Shown here one piece after another: positions 41,158 through 52,268 of a stretch of 64,000 nucleotides of DNA. The stretch comes from an uncultured Planctomycetaceae bacterium. Its GTDB lineage: Bacteria; Planctomycetota; Planctomycetia; Isosphaerales; Isosphaeraceae. The position numbers were made by a program, and so were the translations under genes. The notes beneath the pieces were generated by a model. That model had not been told where the DNA came from and searched no databases. It saw only the letters and a program-made list of their open reading frames with translations. Every line of letters starts with the position of its first letter. Position 1 is the stretch's first letter. The DNA lies in the NCBI GenBank assembly GCA_963833985.1, contig CAWIAD010000001.1:1056001-1120000 (forward strand). Direction: 5' to 3'.

Positions 41158-42134
41158 ATGAACAGGCGAGAATGGATGCAAGCGGGGCTGGGGACTGCGG
41201 GCCTGATGTTGGCAAACGGCCGGGCGCTTGGAGGCCAGCCCCCGGACGACTCCGATCCGGCACCTCTGCTCGCCAGGATGGGTCCGTTGATGGAAAAGAT
41301 CGCGATCGAGACGACCGAGCTTGCGCCGGATTGCACCTGATCCAGGGGCCAGGAGGCAATATCGCCGTGCTCGACGGACCGGACGGCCTGACGGTCGTGG
41401 ACTCGGGCGTCCCGATACGGGCCAGGGACGTGTTCGAGGCGGTCAAGCGGGCTGGCGGCAAGCCCGTCTCACGGCTGATCAATACCCACTGGCATTTCGA
41501 TCACGCCGGCGGCAACGAGGTCTTCGCCCGTGGTGGGGCGACAATTCTGGCAACCGCGGCTACGCGAAAGCGGCTCGCGACCGATCAATATACTGAAGTC
41601 TTCAAGATGACGACTCCGGCCTCGCCTCCCATCGCCCTGCCCACCTTCACGTCGGATGCGTTCGAGCTGCACGTGGGCAGCCAGGTCATCGAGCTGACCG
41701 CGGTTCCCCCCGCGCACACCGATGGCGACCTCATCGTTCATTTCAGGTCGCATGACGTGATCCACACGGGCGACCTCTTCTCCAACGGCATCTACCCGAA
41801 TATCGACGGCTCGAGCGGGGGCTGGATTGGCGGCATGATCGCCGCCGCCGACCGCATACTCAAGCTCGCCGGTCCCCGGACGCGCATCATCCCCGGTCAT
41901 GGCCCCCTGGCCACGGCTGAGAACCTCGCGGCCTTCCGAAGCATGCTGGTGAAGGTTCACGACCGCCTGGCTCCCATGATCGACTCCGGAAGAACCATCC
42001 GCGAGGCGATCGATGCCCGGCCCACGAGCGACCTGGACGCGGTCTGGGGCAAGGGATTTTTTACCGGCGGCATGTTCACCCGGGTCGTTTACCAGGGCCT
42101 CGCCAACCCGCGGGCGGCCAGTCGGACCCGCTGA
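41158..42134 (+). CDS. MBL-fold metallo-hydrolase (cyclase-like), Tat signal (frameshift ~41330)
   Basis: MNRREW; GGNI, VDSG, THWHFDHAGGN, AHTDGD, TGD, PGHG. Confidence 0.9.
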
Positions 42135-42358
42135 CCGCTGTCACGCCACCCTCGAAGACCGCCTTGTCGCCGCGCTCTCGCGCAAGCGGGCTCGCCGGCC
42201 ACCAGCTCGGGCAGGTAGGTCCAGCGCGGCAAGCAGGTATCGAACCTACGGTGGGCTTGCGCCCGCTAGCACCGCCAGGTGCTCCCCCAGACCTCCGGTC
42301 GCCGCTTTTTCTTTAATAAGTGTAGAGCATCGAACCGGGCCGAAGCAACAATCCACTC

Positions 42359-43581
42359 CGGAGTAATGGTTCACCGGGAAATAGAGAACCCCGGGGTCCA
42401 ATAATAAGGCAGAGTGAACACTCCCACAGATGGACCGATTTTCCGCCTTCTTACCGATCCCGAAGGAGAAGACAGTGCGGCATCGTGCCGCCCCCTTCGG
42501 TCTTGGTCCCTGGGTCGTCGCTCAGGTCCTGTCGCCACGTTGGCCTACCCTTCGCCCAGACCATTTCACATCGTAACCGCACCGAGCTGCACGAGACAAT
42601 CGCTTCCTTGTGATCAACCCCATCGCTCGGGTCCTCGCACGCACCTGTTCCCTCGTTTCACGGGCGGGATTCAGCTTACGGACGCGGTCGGCGAAGATCG
42701 CTGGACCACGGCCGGCTAGCTTGTCGGCCGGGGCGATGTAATCCATCGCAAAATGAAGACGCACTTGATTGTAGTGATCAATACGACGCTCCACGAGACG
42801 CGACTTCTGGAAGCCTCTGCCATTGAGTGAAGGTTTGCTGTTGTGACGCTTCATCAATCAGGCGTCACAGATCACGCGATAGACGCTGTAAGGGCTGACC
42901 GCGACGACATCGCTGTCGGGCATCATGAACGCCAGTCGCCGGTGGCCTTCGACGGGATGGTCCTTGTGGAACTCGATGATCGCTCTCGCTTTTCCCACGG
43001 TTTCAGCCACCAACCGCGTGGAACCAAGGCCTTGTGCTCGTTGGCCAGTCCATAGCGAGTCTTCCAGTTCTGGAACTTGCTGGCTGCGATCCCCAGCCAG
43101 GTGATGAACCTGGCGACGGGGATCCCGGTTCGCTGTGACCATCGCCTGACGAAATCAACGATGCCGTCGCGGGTATTATCGTGGAGAACCCATGCCGTGG
43201 TTAGAGCTCCCCAGGCTCTTTCTAAGCTGGATGTGTTCGTAGATCAGCTCGGCGACGACTTCGTTCTTGCGCTGGAGCTTGTCGCGGAGGGTTGCGATCG
43301 TGCGGAGGTGCTGGCTCTCACAAGGTCCGTTCTTGCGCTCGAAGGCTGCCGTGCCCCTTCGAAGAAAGGCTTCTGCAAGAGGTCGAACAACGTGGGCAAC
43401 AGCTGGTGCTCGTCGCAGAGGTCGGAAACGGCGCCGCGGTCGATCAGGTGAGGCCGGAGGATGGGGACCTTCCCGACAGGCGGCACAGTTCTTGCGGGGC
43501 TTTCGCATGGTGAAACTCCTTCCGAGTTGTCGTATAACTCGGCTGGGACGTTTTTCCATTTCCGGCTGAACCAAGACTGCG
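42359..43581 (-). mobile_element. Decayed IS3-family element (OrfA/OrfB fragments, DDE core apparently deleted)
   Basis: Imperfect terminal IRs (23/30 match) at 42359 and 43581; OrfA (VSDLCDEH, LRDKLQRKNEVVAEL); OrfB pieces (GHRRLAFMM, HYNQVRLH); stops and frameshifts. Confidence 0.8.
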
Positions 43582-43755
43582 GTTTCCCTGAGATCATCCA
43601 GAACCTTTGACTAACGAGCGACCGTCTGGTTCGCCTCTTGATAGTGCCCGAGGAGAATGCCGTTACATTCTCCCCGAGCTTCTCCCTTGGGAGATGAGAC
43701 AGCTGCCAAGGTTAGGGAATGCGCCGCCCACAAGCCAGAGGGATCAAACGGGCGT

Positions 43756-43878
43756 TTACGTGCCGGACTTCTTGCCGTGCTTGAGGGGCTTGGCGGCAAC
43801 GGCGGCGGTGCGTTTTTCACGGAGCTTGACCCATTGCTTGAGGTCCTTCTGTTGCTTGGAAACGACGGGTGCGGTCAT
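43756..43878 (-). CDS. Small basic protein, 40 aa (not in ORF track)
   Basis: GAGGA SD, then MTAPVVSKQQKDLKQWVKLREKRTAAVAAKPLKHGKKSGT*; high-GC3 codons. Confidence 0.55.
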   Translation of the reverse strand: MTAPVVSKQQKDLKQWVKLREKRTAAVAAKPLKHGKKSGT

Positions 43879-44343
43879 TCTATGGTTCCTCGGGTTGGAG
43901 GGCATCCATGACATTCATTCGATGCCCACCTGAACGATTAATCTCAATTTATCAATATATCAGGAAGATTTTTAGAGTGCAATGAGTTGCCCTGCCTTGT
44001 CTGCAGAATTGCTGTCCACGTGTCAGTGGGCGACGAACATCAGGCACCGGTGGCCGCGCGAAAAACGACGAGGAACCGCATCCATCGGTCAGGAAGGTCA
44101 GATCAAGCGGGCGATTCTTGGCATTCCGAGATTTTTGCCCGGTTACTCATTTCATTTTGTATGCAGTATTGTTATACTTCAATAGGTTGGTCTGACGACT
44201 GAGTGGACACCTTCGGTTCTCATCGAATCGCTCTTTGCTTCCCCCTCTCGCCTTTCCCACCTTCAGGGCTCCATTGCGTGCCCCTTTCTTCTCGACCCCG
44301 AAAGCATTCATGGGGTCGAAAACCTTGCCACAAGGAGAATCTC

Positions 44344-44684
44344 GTGGGAAAGAAATTGTATGTTGGGAACTTGACCTATTCCGCCACTTCCTCCGATCTA
44401 CAAGGGTGGTTCACTCCGTTTGGCACCGTGCAGAGCACCAGGTCATCTCAGATCGAGACACGGGTCACAGCAAGGGGTTCGGCTTCGTCGAGATGGACAC
44501 CGACGCCCAAGCTCAAGCGGCGATCCAGGGGCTCCATGATCAGGATCACGAGGGGCGTCGTCTCACGGTGGACGAAGCGAAGCCACGAGTAGCCCGAACC
44601 AGAGGCTTCGCTGGCGGTCGCCTTGACGGGAGTGCCCGTACTGGTGGTGATGGTTATGGAGGCGGTGACGGTCGGAGTTATTGA
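44344..44684 (+). CDS. RRM RNA-binding protein with Gly-rich tail (frameshift ~44438)
   Basis: AAGGAG SD; KKLYVGNL (RNP2), SKGFGFVEM (RNP1), LTVDEAKPR. Confidence 0.9.
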
Positions 44685-44963
44685 TCGTCCACCATCTCGT
44701 TGGGTTTCGAGGGGATCAATCGTGCGGTCCCTCGATCCCTCCGATACTGCCGATGATTCGGGACTCTCGGTTGGCTCACCGTCTTTGTGGTCTCTCGCCT
44801 GCCGACCATGAGGATGGGAGGAATCCGAATCAATCATCCTGACTGGCCAGGAGCAGGCGGAATGAGTCCCGTGCTATCCCGCCGTCCACTCCTGCTGAAG
44901 TCACCTTCCGGGAACCATCAACAGGCAGTTGATTGAAACACCATTCATGGTCCGGAGTCTCAA

Positions 44964-45302
44964 GTGAACAGTTACCCTGCCAGCGAACAAAAGATAAGGG
45001 ATGTTGAGAGAGGTCGGATCTGCAACGCAATTCTCCCGATGCCTCGTGCAAGAACGCTTTCTGCTGGCGATTCCATCCACTTCGACCTCGCTTACTCACA
45101 GGCTGGCCAAGAGCCCTCTTACGTCAAGTGTGGGGATTCGGTGTGTGTCTCGCTCACCGAGGTCACTGACCTGGTAGCAACTGATCCCGTCTCCGGGGAA
45201 GCCCTCTTTCGAGTCTCCTGGAAACCACTCGGTCAAAGCGATTCTCCCAGCAATATCATCAAGCGTGTCGTGAAGTCCCGTGGCTTTTTTGCGAGGGGCT
45301 AG
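44964..45302 (+). CDS. Hypothetical protein, possibly ASCH/PUA-like
   Basis: GGAG SD; pattern IRDVERG...LSAGDSIHF...GDSVCVSLTEV. Confidence 0.5.
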   Translation: MNSYPASEQKIRDVERGRICNAILPMPRARTLSAGDSIHFDLAYSQAGQEPSYVKCGDSVCVSLTEVTDLVATDPVSGEALFRVSWKPLGQSDSPSNIIKRVVKSRGFFARG

Positions 45303-45447
45303 CAGGGCGCGCTGGTCGGGATTCGACAGAGCAGCCACAAAAGCCCTTTGTCTTTGATGTCTGCTGCACGAACCTGGTGAAGAGCAGGACCGTCTGGGCT
45401 CCATCATCGAAGCTCCCGCCAGCTTGATCACATACCAAGAGGCTCTG

Positions 45448-45624
45448 ATGTTTCCCAAGTACCGCCACACGCCGATCTTTGATTCCGAAAGGAAACGCTG
45501 TTCCGTCTGCCGTCAAGCCGTTTATTCGCTGGCGGGCATTCATCCTCAATGTGCGATCAATCGAGCAGTTGCCCAGGAATCAAAGAGCAAGAGGGAGGCA
45601 GCAGCCAGGGCCAGCGCACACTAA
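45448..45624 (+). CDS. Small putative Zn-binding protein
   Basis: GAGG SD; CSVC...HPQC. Confidence 0.55.
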   Translation: MFPKYRHTPIFDSERKRCSVCRQAVYSLAGIHPQCAINRAVAQESKSKREAAARASAH

Positions 45625-46078
45625 AGCGACATGATCGAAGCAGATACGTTGGACGTCCGTCATCGAAAACTCTCCGCGGAAATAGAGTCTGGAATCACGG
45701 AGAGGCAGATACACCAATCAATGGCTGATCGCGCAAGCGTTATATTCTCCCAGAATTGCCTGGAGGGCTCAGGCCCTGCTTGAAGGGGGGATGTTTCTTC
45801 CTTTCGCCGTCTGGGCAGCACGGGCCGGAACCTCATGACTCACACCTCATGATCCCGGGTTGCACGGGTCCACTTCGCCCGGAGGCTGGCGGTGTGCTTC
45901 CTGTGCCCTTGCCCGCGGACCGGCCACCCCTTATAACCGGATGTCCTCGGCGACGCCGCTGGCGCCAAGGGCGCCGTCAACCTCGGTCTGGGCGGATCAA
46001 GTTACTGAAGAGCCGGCAAATCGAACGAAGCGCATCTCTCGCTTCGGAACACTCCAGGGAGTCTGCGACAACGTCACC

Positions 46079-47301
46079 ATGAGCTTGAGAGTCTTCCACA
46101 CAGCGGGTCTGGGCCGAATCATCGAGGCACACGAGTACTGGAAGCGGCACGAGCATTTCCCCAGCGAGGTGACGATCACCTTTTCCAGCCAGTTCGAGCA
46201 GTTCTGCCAGGACCTGGGTGCCGCGGCTTATATCGTCGGCTACCATTCAGAGAAGCGCATCCTCAGGGATGGCGAGTTCACGATCGAGCAGCGTCCCAAG
46301 CCGTTTCGGGGAGCCGGCGGGGGGTTGTACCACCTCGGCGAGGTGCTCTACGGGCTGGGCCTGCTGGTGACGGCCCTGCGATTTGGGGCCAACCTGGCGG
46401 TGATCGACTCGGGAACCACCCACTATTTCGTGACTGCACTGTTCCGGCTCTTCGGCATTCCCGTGGTGCCGGTCCTGCACAACACGATCTGGCCGCACGG
46501 GTTCCCTCCCCGCCGCCGCATTTCGCGGCTCATCTGCCGCCTTGACGCCTGGTTCTACCGGCACGCCGCTTCGGCAGTGATTGGCGTTTCCCCGGAATGC
46601 GTCCGCCAGGTGGAGCAACTGGCGGGCAAGCGGCATCCCCCGCTGTACCAGATCCGCGCCCAGTTCCGTCCCGAATACTTCGCGCAGATCCTGCCCCCGC
46701 CGCCCTTTGAGGAGCGCCCGTTCCGGATGATGTTCCTGGGGCGGGTGAACCGGGACAAGGGGGTCTTCGACATCCTGGAAATGGCCAGGAAGATCGAGGC
46801 CACCGCCCCAGGTCAGGTGCGCTGGGAGATCTGCGGATCGGGCCCGGACCTGGACGAGATGCAACGTCGGCGGGCGGCGATGGGGCTGGAGTCCATCGTC
46901 ACGCTGCACGGCTGGACCTCGCTGGAGGACCTGATCAAGATTTATGCCCGGAGTCATGCCTCGATTGTTCCCACCCGCAGCAGCTTCATTGCCGGGCTGG
47001 AAATGACGGCGGCCGAGGCCATCCTGGCGGGCCGCCCGCTGGTCACCAACCCCGTGGTCCCGGCCCTGGAGGTGCTTCGACCCGCGTGCGCCGAGGCCCG
47101 GACCAACGATGTGGACAGCCACGTCGAGGCCGTTTTAAGCCTGCTTTCCAGCCGCGAGCACTACGAAACGCTGCGCGAGCCTGCCCGGCGCTGGCCCGCC
47201 CGTTCTACGACCGCGAGCAGGGACTGACCGCCGTCCTGAAACGCGTCGCCGAGCAGATCCATGGAGCAGACGCACGCGGTCTACCGCAATCTTCCTCGTG
47301 A
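46079..47301 (+). CDS. Glycosyltransferase family 4 (frameshift ~47180)
   Basis: FLGRVNRDKG, ICGSGP, EAILAGRP. Confidence 0.85.
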
Positions 47302-47389
47302 GCCGCGGCTCGATTACGATGTGGTTGATGGTGGAGAATCGTCACGGCGGCAGGCGCGGTCCTCGATCTCCATGGACTTCAGGACGGCT

Positions 47390-48262
47390 ATGATGGTTCC
47401 TTCACAGGAACAGATCGAACGAGCGGCCTACGAGCGCTGGGAGCGCCGGGGCCGGTTTCACGGATCGGACCGCGACGACTGGATCGCAGCCGAGATGGAT
47501 ACCCTGTTCGATCTCAATTATCAGCCCATCGTCGAGTTCGCGCTGAACGAGCAGGTCGAGCGCATCATCGGCGACGTTCGCCGCCCGCATTGCCGGTTCT
47601 GCGAGCAGTCTCCGCCCCGCGCGGCATTCTCCTTCCTCCGCCCCGTGGTCCCCCAGGAGATCGGCAACAGCTCCCTCTTCACGCGCGAGCTTTGCGATGA
47701 GTGTGCCACGCACTTCGCCGACACGACCGACACGGAGCTTCTGCGGTTCTGGGAGGCACTCGATCCGCTCCGTAGCGGGCAGGGTTCGTTCCGCGAATTG
47801 CGGCTCCCGACGGCCATTCCGGTCGCGGCTTACAAGGCGCTCGTGCGCATGGCGCTCTCGATCATGCCGGAACAGCACGTGGGACACTTCACCGACACCA
47901 TCGAATGGGTGAGCAACCCAGACCACGACTTCGATCGCAGTCTGTTCGACAACTCGGGCTCTCTGGTCTACCAGGCCCATGTCCCCTACCAGCATTCCTG
48001 GGTCGGCCTGAGCTGCCGCGCACAGGCGGACGCCCCGTTTCCTTTCATGCTTTTTTTCCTGGGTGTGCAACGGCTGGTGCTCCAGACACATCTGCCACTC
48101 TGCACACTCGACGACGATCTGGACGGCGAGCCGATGCGCTTGCCCCAGCGGTCGTTCTCCACCGGCAGCGGGGCCGATCTGAAGATCAGCACCGCGCTGG
48201 TTATGCCGCTGAAATCGGCCGTCGATCCCTCTCACACGCGAAGGTTCCGGCTCTTCTGGTGA
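47390..48262 (+). CDS. DUF2934 domain fused to a degenerate HNH-like Zn domain
   Basis: EQIERAAYERWERRG..GSDRDDWIAAE followed by CRFC...VVPQEIGN...CDEC. Confidence 0.7.
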   Translation: MMVPSQEQIERAAYERWERRGRFHGSDRDDWIAAEMDTLFDLNYQPIVEFALNEQVERIIGDVRRPHCRFCEQSPPRAAFSFLRPVVPQEIGNSSLFTRELCDECATHFADTTDTELLRFWEALDPLRSGQGSFRELRLPTAIPVAAYKALVRMALSIMPEQHVGHFTDTIEWVSNPDHDFDRSLFDNSGSLVYQAHVPYQHSWVGLSCRAQADAPFPFMLFFLGVQRLVLQTHLPLCTLDDDLDGEPMRLPQRSFSTGSGADLKISTALVMPLKSAVDPSHTRRFRLFW

Positions 48263-48298
48263 GAGCAAAGTCCGTGGGGTCCGGTGAAAGCGACCGGA

Positions 48299-49918
48299 TC
48301 ATGGCTTCGCCGTCGTGCTGCAAGCCTCGGGGTGGACCAGCAGCTCCAGGGCGTTTTCAAGCCAGGCGCGGACCGGGGTGGATGGCAGCCGCACCAGGAG
48401 CAGAGCAATATCCTCGCTGGACAGCCGGGTCTCGAACTGGCGGCTGAGCGGCGAGGCCAGCAGGCGCTGCGGCCACTCGCCGATCAGCCTGCGGAGGAAG
48501 AGAGCGGGGAGCAACTGGTCCACCCGTACGTCCGACGACACGTCGGTCAGAACGCCGTCCAGGGTCAACAGGCTCTTCCTGAAGAGGATCAGGTCGCCGC
48601 TGGTGCGCAGCCGCGCTCGCAGGACGGCGTCATCAAGCATGCCCATGAGCCAGGAGAACCCCGGGAAGGTGCCTTTGCGGACCTCTCTCAGCCAGTCCGC
48701 GATCACGAGGTTGAGTGCCTCATGGTCCAGCTGGCTCTGCCGATCTGCGGCCAGATCGAGCAGCCCCTGGCGCACCTGGCCAGAGTTCAGGCTGAGGCCG
48801 CCCAGGATCAGTTGCGTCATCGCCACCCGTTCGCTCTCGCCGAGATTTCCGGTCAGGCTCCAGTCCAGGATCGCCAGCCGCCCTTCGGGCGTTGCGAACA
48901 GGTTGCCGGCATGAGGATCGGCATGAAACGTTGCCCGGGGCGCCGGCGACCAGATCGGCCCCGCGATCAAAGCCTCGACGATCAGCTCGGCAAGGCGCCT
49001 GCGATCCCAGCGGTCAAGCTCGCCGGGCTCGGTCACTTTCTGGCCGTCGATCCGCTCCATCGCCGTGACACGGCTGGTGCAGAAAGGGTACAGCCGCGGT
49101 ATGCACACCTCCGGCTCACTGGCATAGTTGAGCGCGGCCTGCTCCAGGTTTCGCTGCTCCTCGCGGAGCTGAATCTCGGTCGCCAGCTTCTCCCGGACCT
49201 GGTCGAACACGTCCCGGTACGCGAGTTCGGGAATGCCGAAGGCATGGCAGCGGTCGTCCAGCAGGCAGCCGACCTCGCGGAGGATCTCCAGCTCCAGGTG
49301 CAGCCGCTCCTCGATGCCGGGCTTGAGAAGCTTGAACACGCCACGCCGCGGAAGGTCGTGCCGGCAACCGCCGTCGTACCGGCTATGGTCGTTGTACTGG
49401 AACGGCACCACGACAGCCACGCTGGCCTCTGCCAGCGCGGCTGGCTCGAGCACGATGCCCAGGCGATCGAGCGGGCCGAGCTCGCTGTCCAGCACCTGCT
49501 GGATGATCGCCATCGGGGTGACGGCCGGCAGCGACTCGAGCCGTTGCAGGTGATGTCTCAGCTCCGGGGCCAGGCGCCGGTCGCGGGCGAGGATCTGCCC
49601 CAGCTTGTGCAGCGCGGGGCAGCGCTCGGCGAGCGCGACGAGCCGTTGCTCGGCCGATGCGCCCACCGGCAATGCGGCCTGGTCGGCAAGAATCTGGGCG
49701 ACATCCGGCGCGGGCAGACGGCTCAGGAACAGGCGGAGACCTGCAACGATGGGCTTGCGATAGCCCGCGTAGGAGGCAGGCAAGAGCGCCGCGATGACGG
49801 CATCGCCGATCAGCCATTCCCAGTCGAGCATCTCCGGTCTCGCAATCTGTCGAACCCGGCACCTCGGGCACGGAACGGGCCCTGGTTGAGGCCGAGGGGT
49901 AACCCGGCGATCGCTCAC
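48299..49918 (-). CDS. ABC1/UbiB (AarF) atypical kinase
   Basis: HKLGQIL, AEASVA, VFKLLKPG, FHADPHAGN, LDW. Confidence 0.88.
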   Translation of the reverse strand: MSDRRVTPRPQPGPVPCPRCRVRQIARPEMLDWEWLIGDAVIAALLPASYAGYRKPIVAGLRLFLSRLPAPDVAQILADQAALPVGASAEQRLVALAERCPALHKLGQILARDRRLAPELRHHLQRLESLPAVTPMAIIQQVLDSELGPLDRLGIVLEPAALAEASVAVVVPFQYNDHSRYDGGCRHDLPRRGVFKLLKPGIEERLHLELEILREVGCLLDDRCHAFGIPELAYRDVFDQVREKLATEIQLREEQRNLEQAALNYASEPEVCIPRLYPFCTSRVTAMERIDGQKVTEPGELDRWDRRRLAELIVEALIAGPIWSPAPRATFHADPHAGNLFATPEGRLAILDWSLTGNLGESERVAMTQLILGGLSLNSGQVRQGLLDLAADRQSQLDHEALNLVIADWLREVRKGTFPGFSWLMGMLDDAVLRARLRTSGDLILFRKSLLTLDGVLTDVSSDVRVDQLLPALFLRRLIGEWPQRLLASPLSRQFETRLSSEDIALLLVRLPSTPVRAWLENALELLVHPEACSTTAKP

Positions 49919-50283
49919 GACTTCAAGCGAATGATCGAGAAAAAGGCCCCATCGGGATCCTGCACAACGGCGAAGCGTCCCACGGAGATGTCTGTCGGCG
50001 GCACACAGACCTTGCCACCGTGCTCGGTGATCTTCGCTGCACCGGCGTCACAATCATCGACGGCGATATAGGGCATCCAGTGCGGCTTCGTGCCTCCCCA
50101 CTCCGCGGTCATCTGGAGCATTCCCGCCACCTGCGTCTCGCCCTTCTTGAAAATCGTGTAGATCATCCCCCCCGCCTCCTGGTCTTGCGCGGCCCAGCCG
50201 AAGACGGCACCGTAAAACTCCTTGCATGCCGCAGCGTTCTTTGCGTTCAGCTCGTTCCAGCAGAAGGTGTTGAGATCGACCAT
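49915..50283 (-). CDS. VOC/glyoxalase family protein
   Basis: FCWNEL, FYGAVFGW, WMPYIAVDD, GRFAVVQDPDGA. Confidence 0.9.
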   Translation of the reverse strand: MVDLNTFCWNELNAKNAAACKEFYGAVFGWAAQDQEAGGMIYTIFKKGETQVAGMLQMTAEWGGTKPHWMPYIAVDDCDAGAAKITEHGGKVCVPPTDISVGRFAVVQDPDGAFFSIIRLKS

Positions 50284-50622
50284 TGTGAGACTCTCCGTTT
50301 TCTGGCCTGGTACGGGAGGTGCAGCAGGGTTTCGCGGCGTTTGTCGGGCAGATCGACAAGAGCGCTCCATGACGCGCTTCCCCAGGGCGACGCGCTGCAA
50401 AGCGGCAAGGGGGAAACCTGATCCTACATGAGGCCAGCGGTGCCTGCCAGCGGCTGGGTCAGTGTGTTTCGAACGACGCCTGAGCGCACTATTCTCACTC
50501 ACAAGTTGCCCTGCCTCTGGACACAGGAGGTTTGCGAAACAATCCTGATGGATGAAGCGGGCGAAGAGCGATGGTAATTGATGAATCGGGTTGCGGTCGT
50601 CCAGAGCGATGAAGGGAGGGCC

Positions 50623-51180
50623 ATGAGAGTCAACGCGGCCGGATCCACGCTCCGAGTCAGACGCACGGCCTCGGGCGTCCTCGTCCAGGTGGAGGGTCAC
50701 GGTACACTGGGCCAGAGCCCTTCCCTCCATGAATTCGCGGTCCAGTGGCTTGAGGCTCAGTTCAGGACCGGCACTGTCGTCGTCGACCTGTCCGAGTGCG
50801 ACTATCTGGACAGCACGTTCCTGGGTTGCCTGGCGGGCCTGCACCGCAAGTATAACCGGACGGTGCCTCACTGTTTTATCGTGGCGGCGCCGAACGACAA
50901 GAGCCGGAAGCTTCTGGCCCCGACTCATCTCAACGAAGTGCTGGATGTGACCGACGTCTGTCCGGCGCCGATTGGCGAGAGCTTCGTACTGACTGGCCCG
51001 ATGCTCTCCACTGTCGACCGGGGCCGGCATGTCATGGAGTGTCATCGCCTGATGGCGGAGCTGGGGGGATCCCAGGCGGCCTCCTTCCGATCGGTCGCCG
51101 ATGGGCTGGCCCGCGAGCTCGGCGTGGCTCCGATGGAAGCCGTCCCGTTGACGGACAAGCTCGAAGACCACCAGGGCTGA
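50623..51180 (+). CDS. STAS domain (anti-anti-sigma) protein
   Basis: GGAGG SD; VVDLSECDYLDSTFLG. Confidence 0.88.
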   Translation: MRVNAAGSTLRVRRTASGVLVQVEGHGTLGQSPSLHEFAVQWLEAQFRTGTVVVDLSECDYLDSTFLGCLAGLHRKYNRTVPHCFIVAAPNDKSRKLLAPTHLNEVLDVTDVCPAPIGESFVLTGPMLSTVDRGRHVMECHRLMAELGGSQAASFRSVADGLARELGVAPMEAVPLTDKLEDHQG

Positions 51181-51481
51181 GCAGTCGTCGGTCCAGGGAA
51201 CGTGCCCTGCTCGAGTCATTCCGGTCGCCGTCTGGCGGCCTTTCGTCAGTCTCGTTTCAATACCAGTCCAACACGCGTCACACGCGGAGGGTGTTCCAGC
51301 GGCTGGGCGTGCCCGCGCCGTTTTCCATGTCGAAGCGCACCTCACGGGCGTGGCGGTTCACGAGCGGCCAGCGCCCGGGCAGAGTGTCGAGGCATGCCAG
51401 CGGATCGCAGGGTCGGAATCAAGCCGTCAGGAGCACTGCGCGCGGGTGTGTCGATCATGGCCGTGGAATGCGGCGTGCCCG

Positions 51482-51904
51482 TCAGCGGCGGCTTGCCTTC
51501 GCGGCAGCCTTGAACTCGTCCGGAGTCATCTTCTTGACCGTCGTGCAGTCCTGCATCAGAACATTGCCACCCTCCTCGGGCACCGACTTCGTGTAAGCCA
51601 GGATTGTGTTTTCAGATTCCCCCTCGGCGGAGACCGGGGCGCCCCACTGTACGATGAGATCGCCCGACTTGATCATCTCCACGGCGATGGGATAATTCTG
51701 CCCCTTGATGCCGAGTTCCTTGAGGTCATGTGGTCCCCGTTTCTTCTTCCTGGCAAAGTAGCCGTAGACCTGGCCCAGCTCCCTGAGCCCCCGCTCGTCG
51801 TTCGCGATCGGATGGGCTTCTGGTGTGGTTCCGCATCCCGCCAGAAAGAGGCCCAGTGAGCCAGTAAGCATCGCACGCCGTGTCAACGATGGTCGTGGAG
51901 GCAT
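51482..51904 (-). CDS. Hypothetical Tat lipoprotein
   Basis: TRRAML...FLAG-C lipobox; ILAY...GGNVLMQD. Confidence 0.65.
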   Translation of the reverse strand: MPPRPSLTRRAMLTGSLGLFLAGCGTTPEAHPIANDERGLRELGQVYGYFARKKKRGPHDLKELGIKGQNYPIAVEMIKSGDLIVQWGAPVSAEGESENTILAYTKSVPEEGGNVLMQDCTTVKKMTPDEFKAAAKASRR

Positions 51905-52268
51905 CTCGACCTCATTACTGGGTATCATGTTCTCATAAAGGAGCGGCATCTCGACCGATCGAAACGGAGCGTGCCGTCCAGGCCGCGCAGAATCCGCCAG
52001 GGCCAGATGAGCCCCAGCGTGGTCACGAAGACGATGCCGAAGAATTCCACAAATCCCGGAGGATGCAGGAACAGACCACGGGGGCGCCACGGTCGCAGGT
52101 GGGCCAGCCGAGCCAGATGGCGCCCTCATCGAGCGAATGTATGGGGGCAGGCCTGGGAGAAAGCCCTGCGTCAGGATCTCCCCGGGTCGCCAGCCAGCCG
52201 AGCTGGCTCAGCGCAGCAGGCCGACGGGAACCTTGGGATGACGGGTCCATCGGCACGCGCCCATGGGC

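Noticed and set aside
49915..51345. 476-aa ORF as one protein
   Set aside because: Only the last 122 aa (VOC domain) look real; the rest is antisense to the STAS gene
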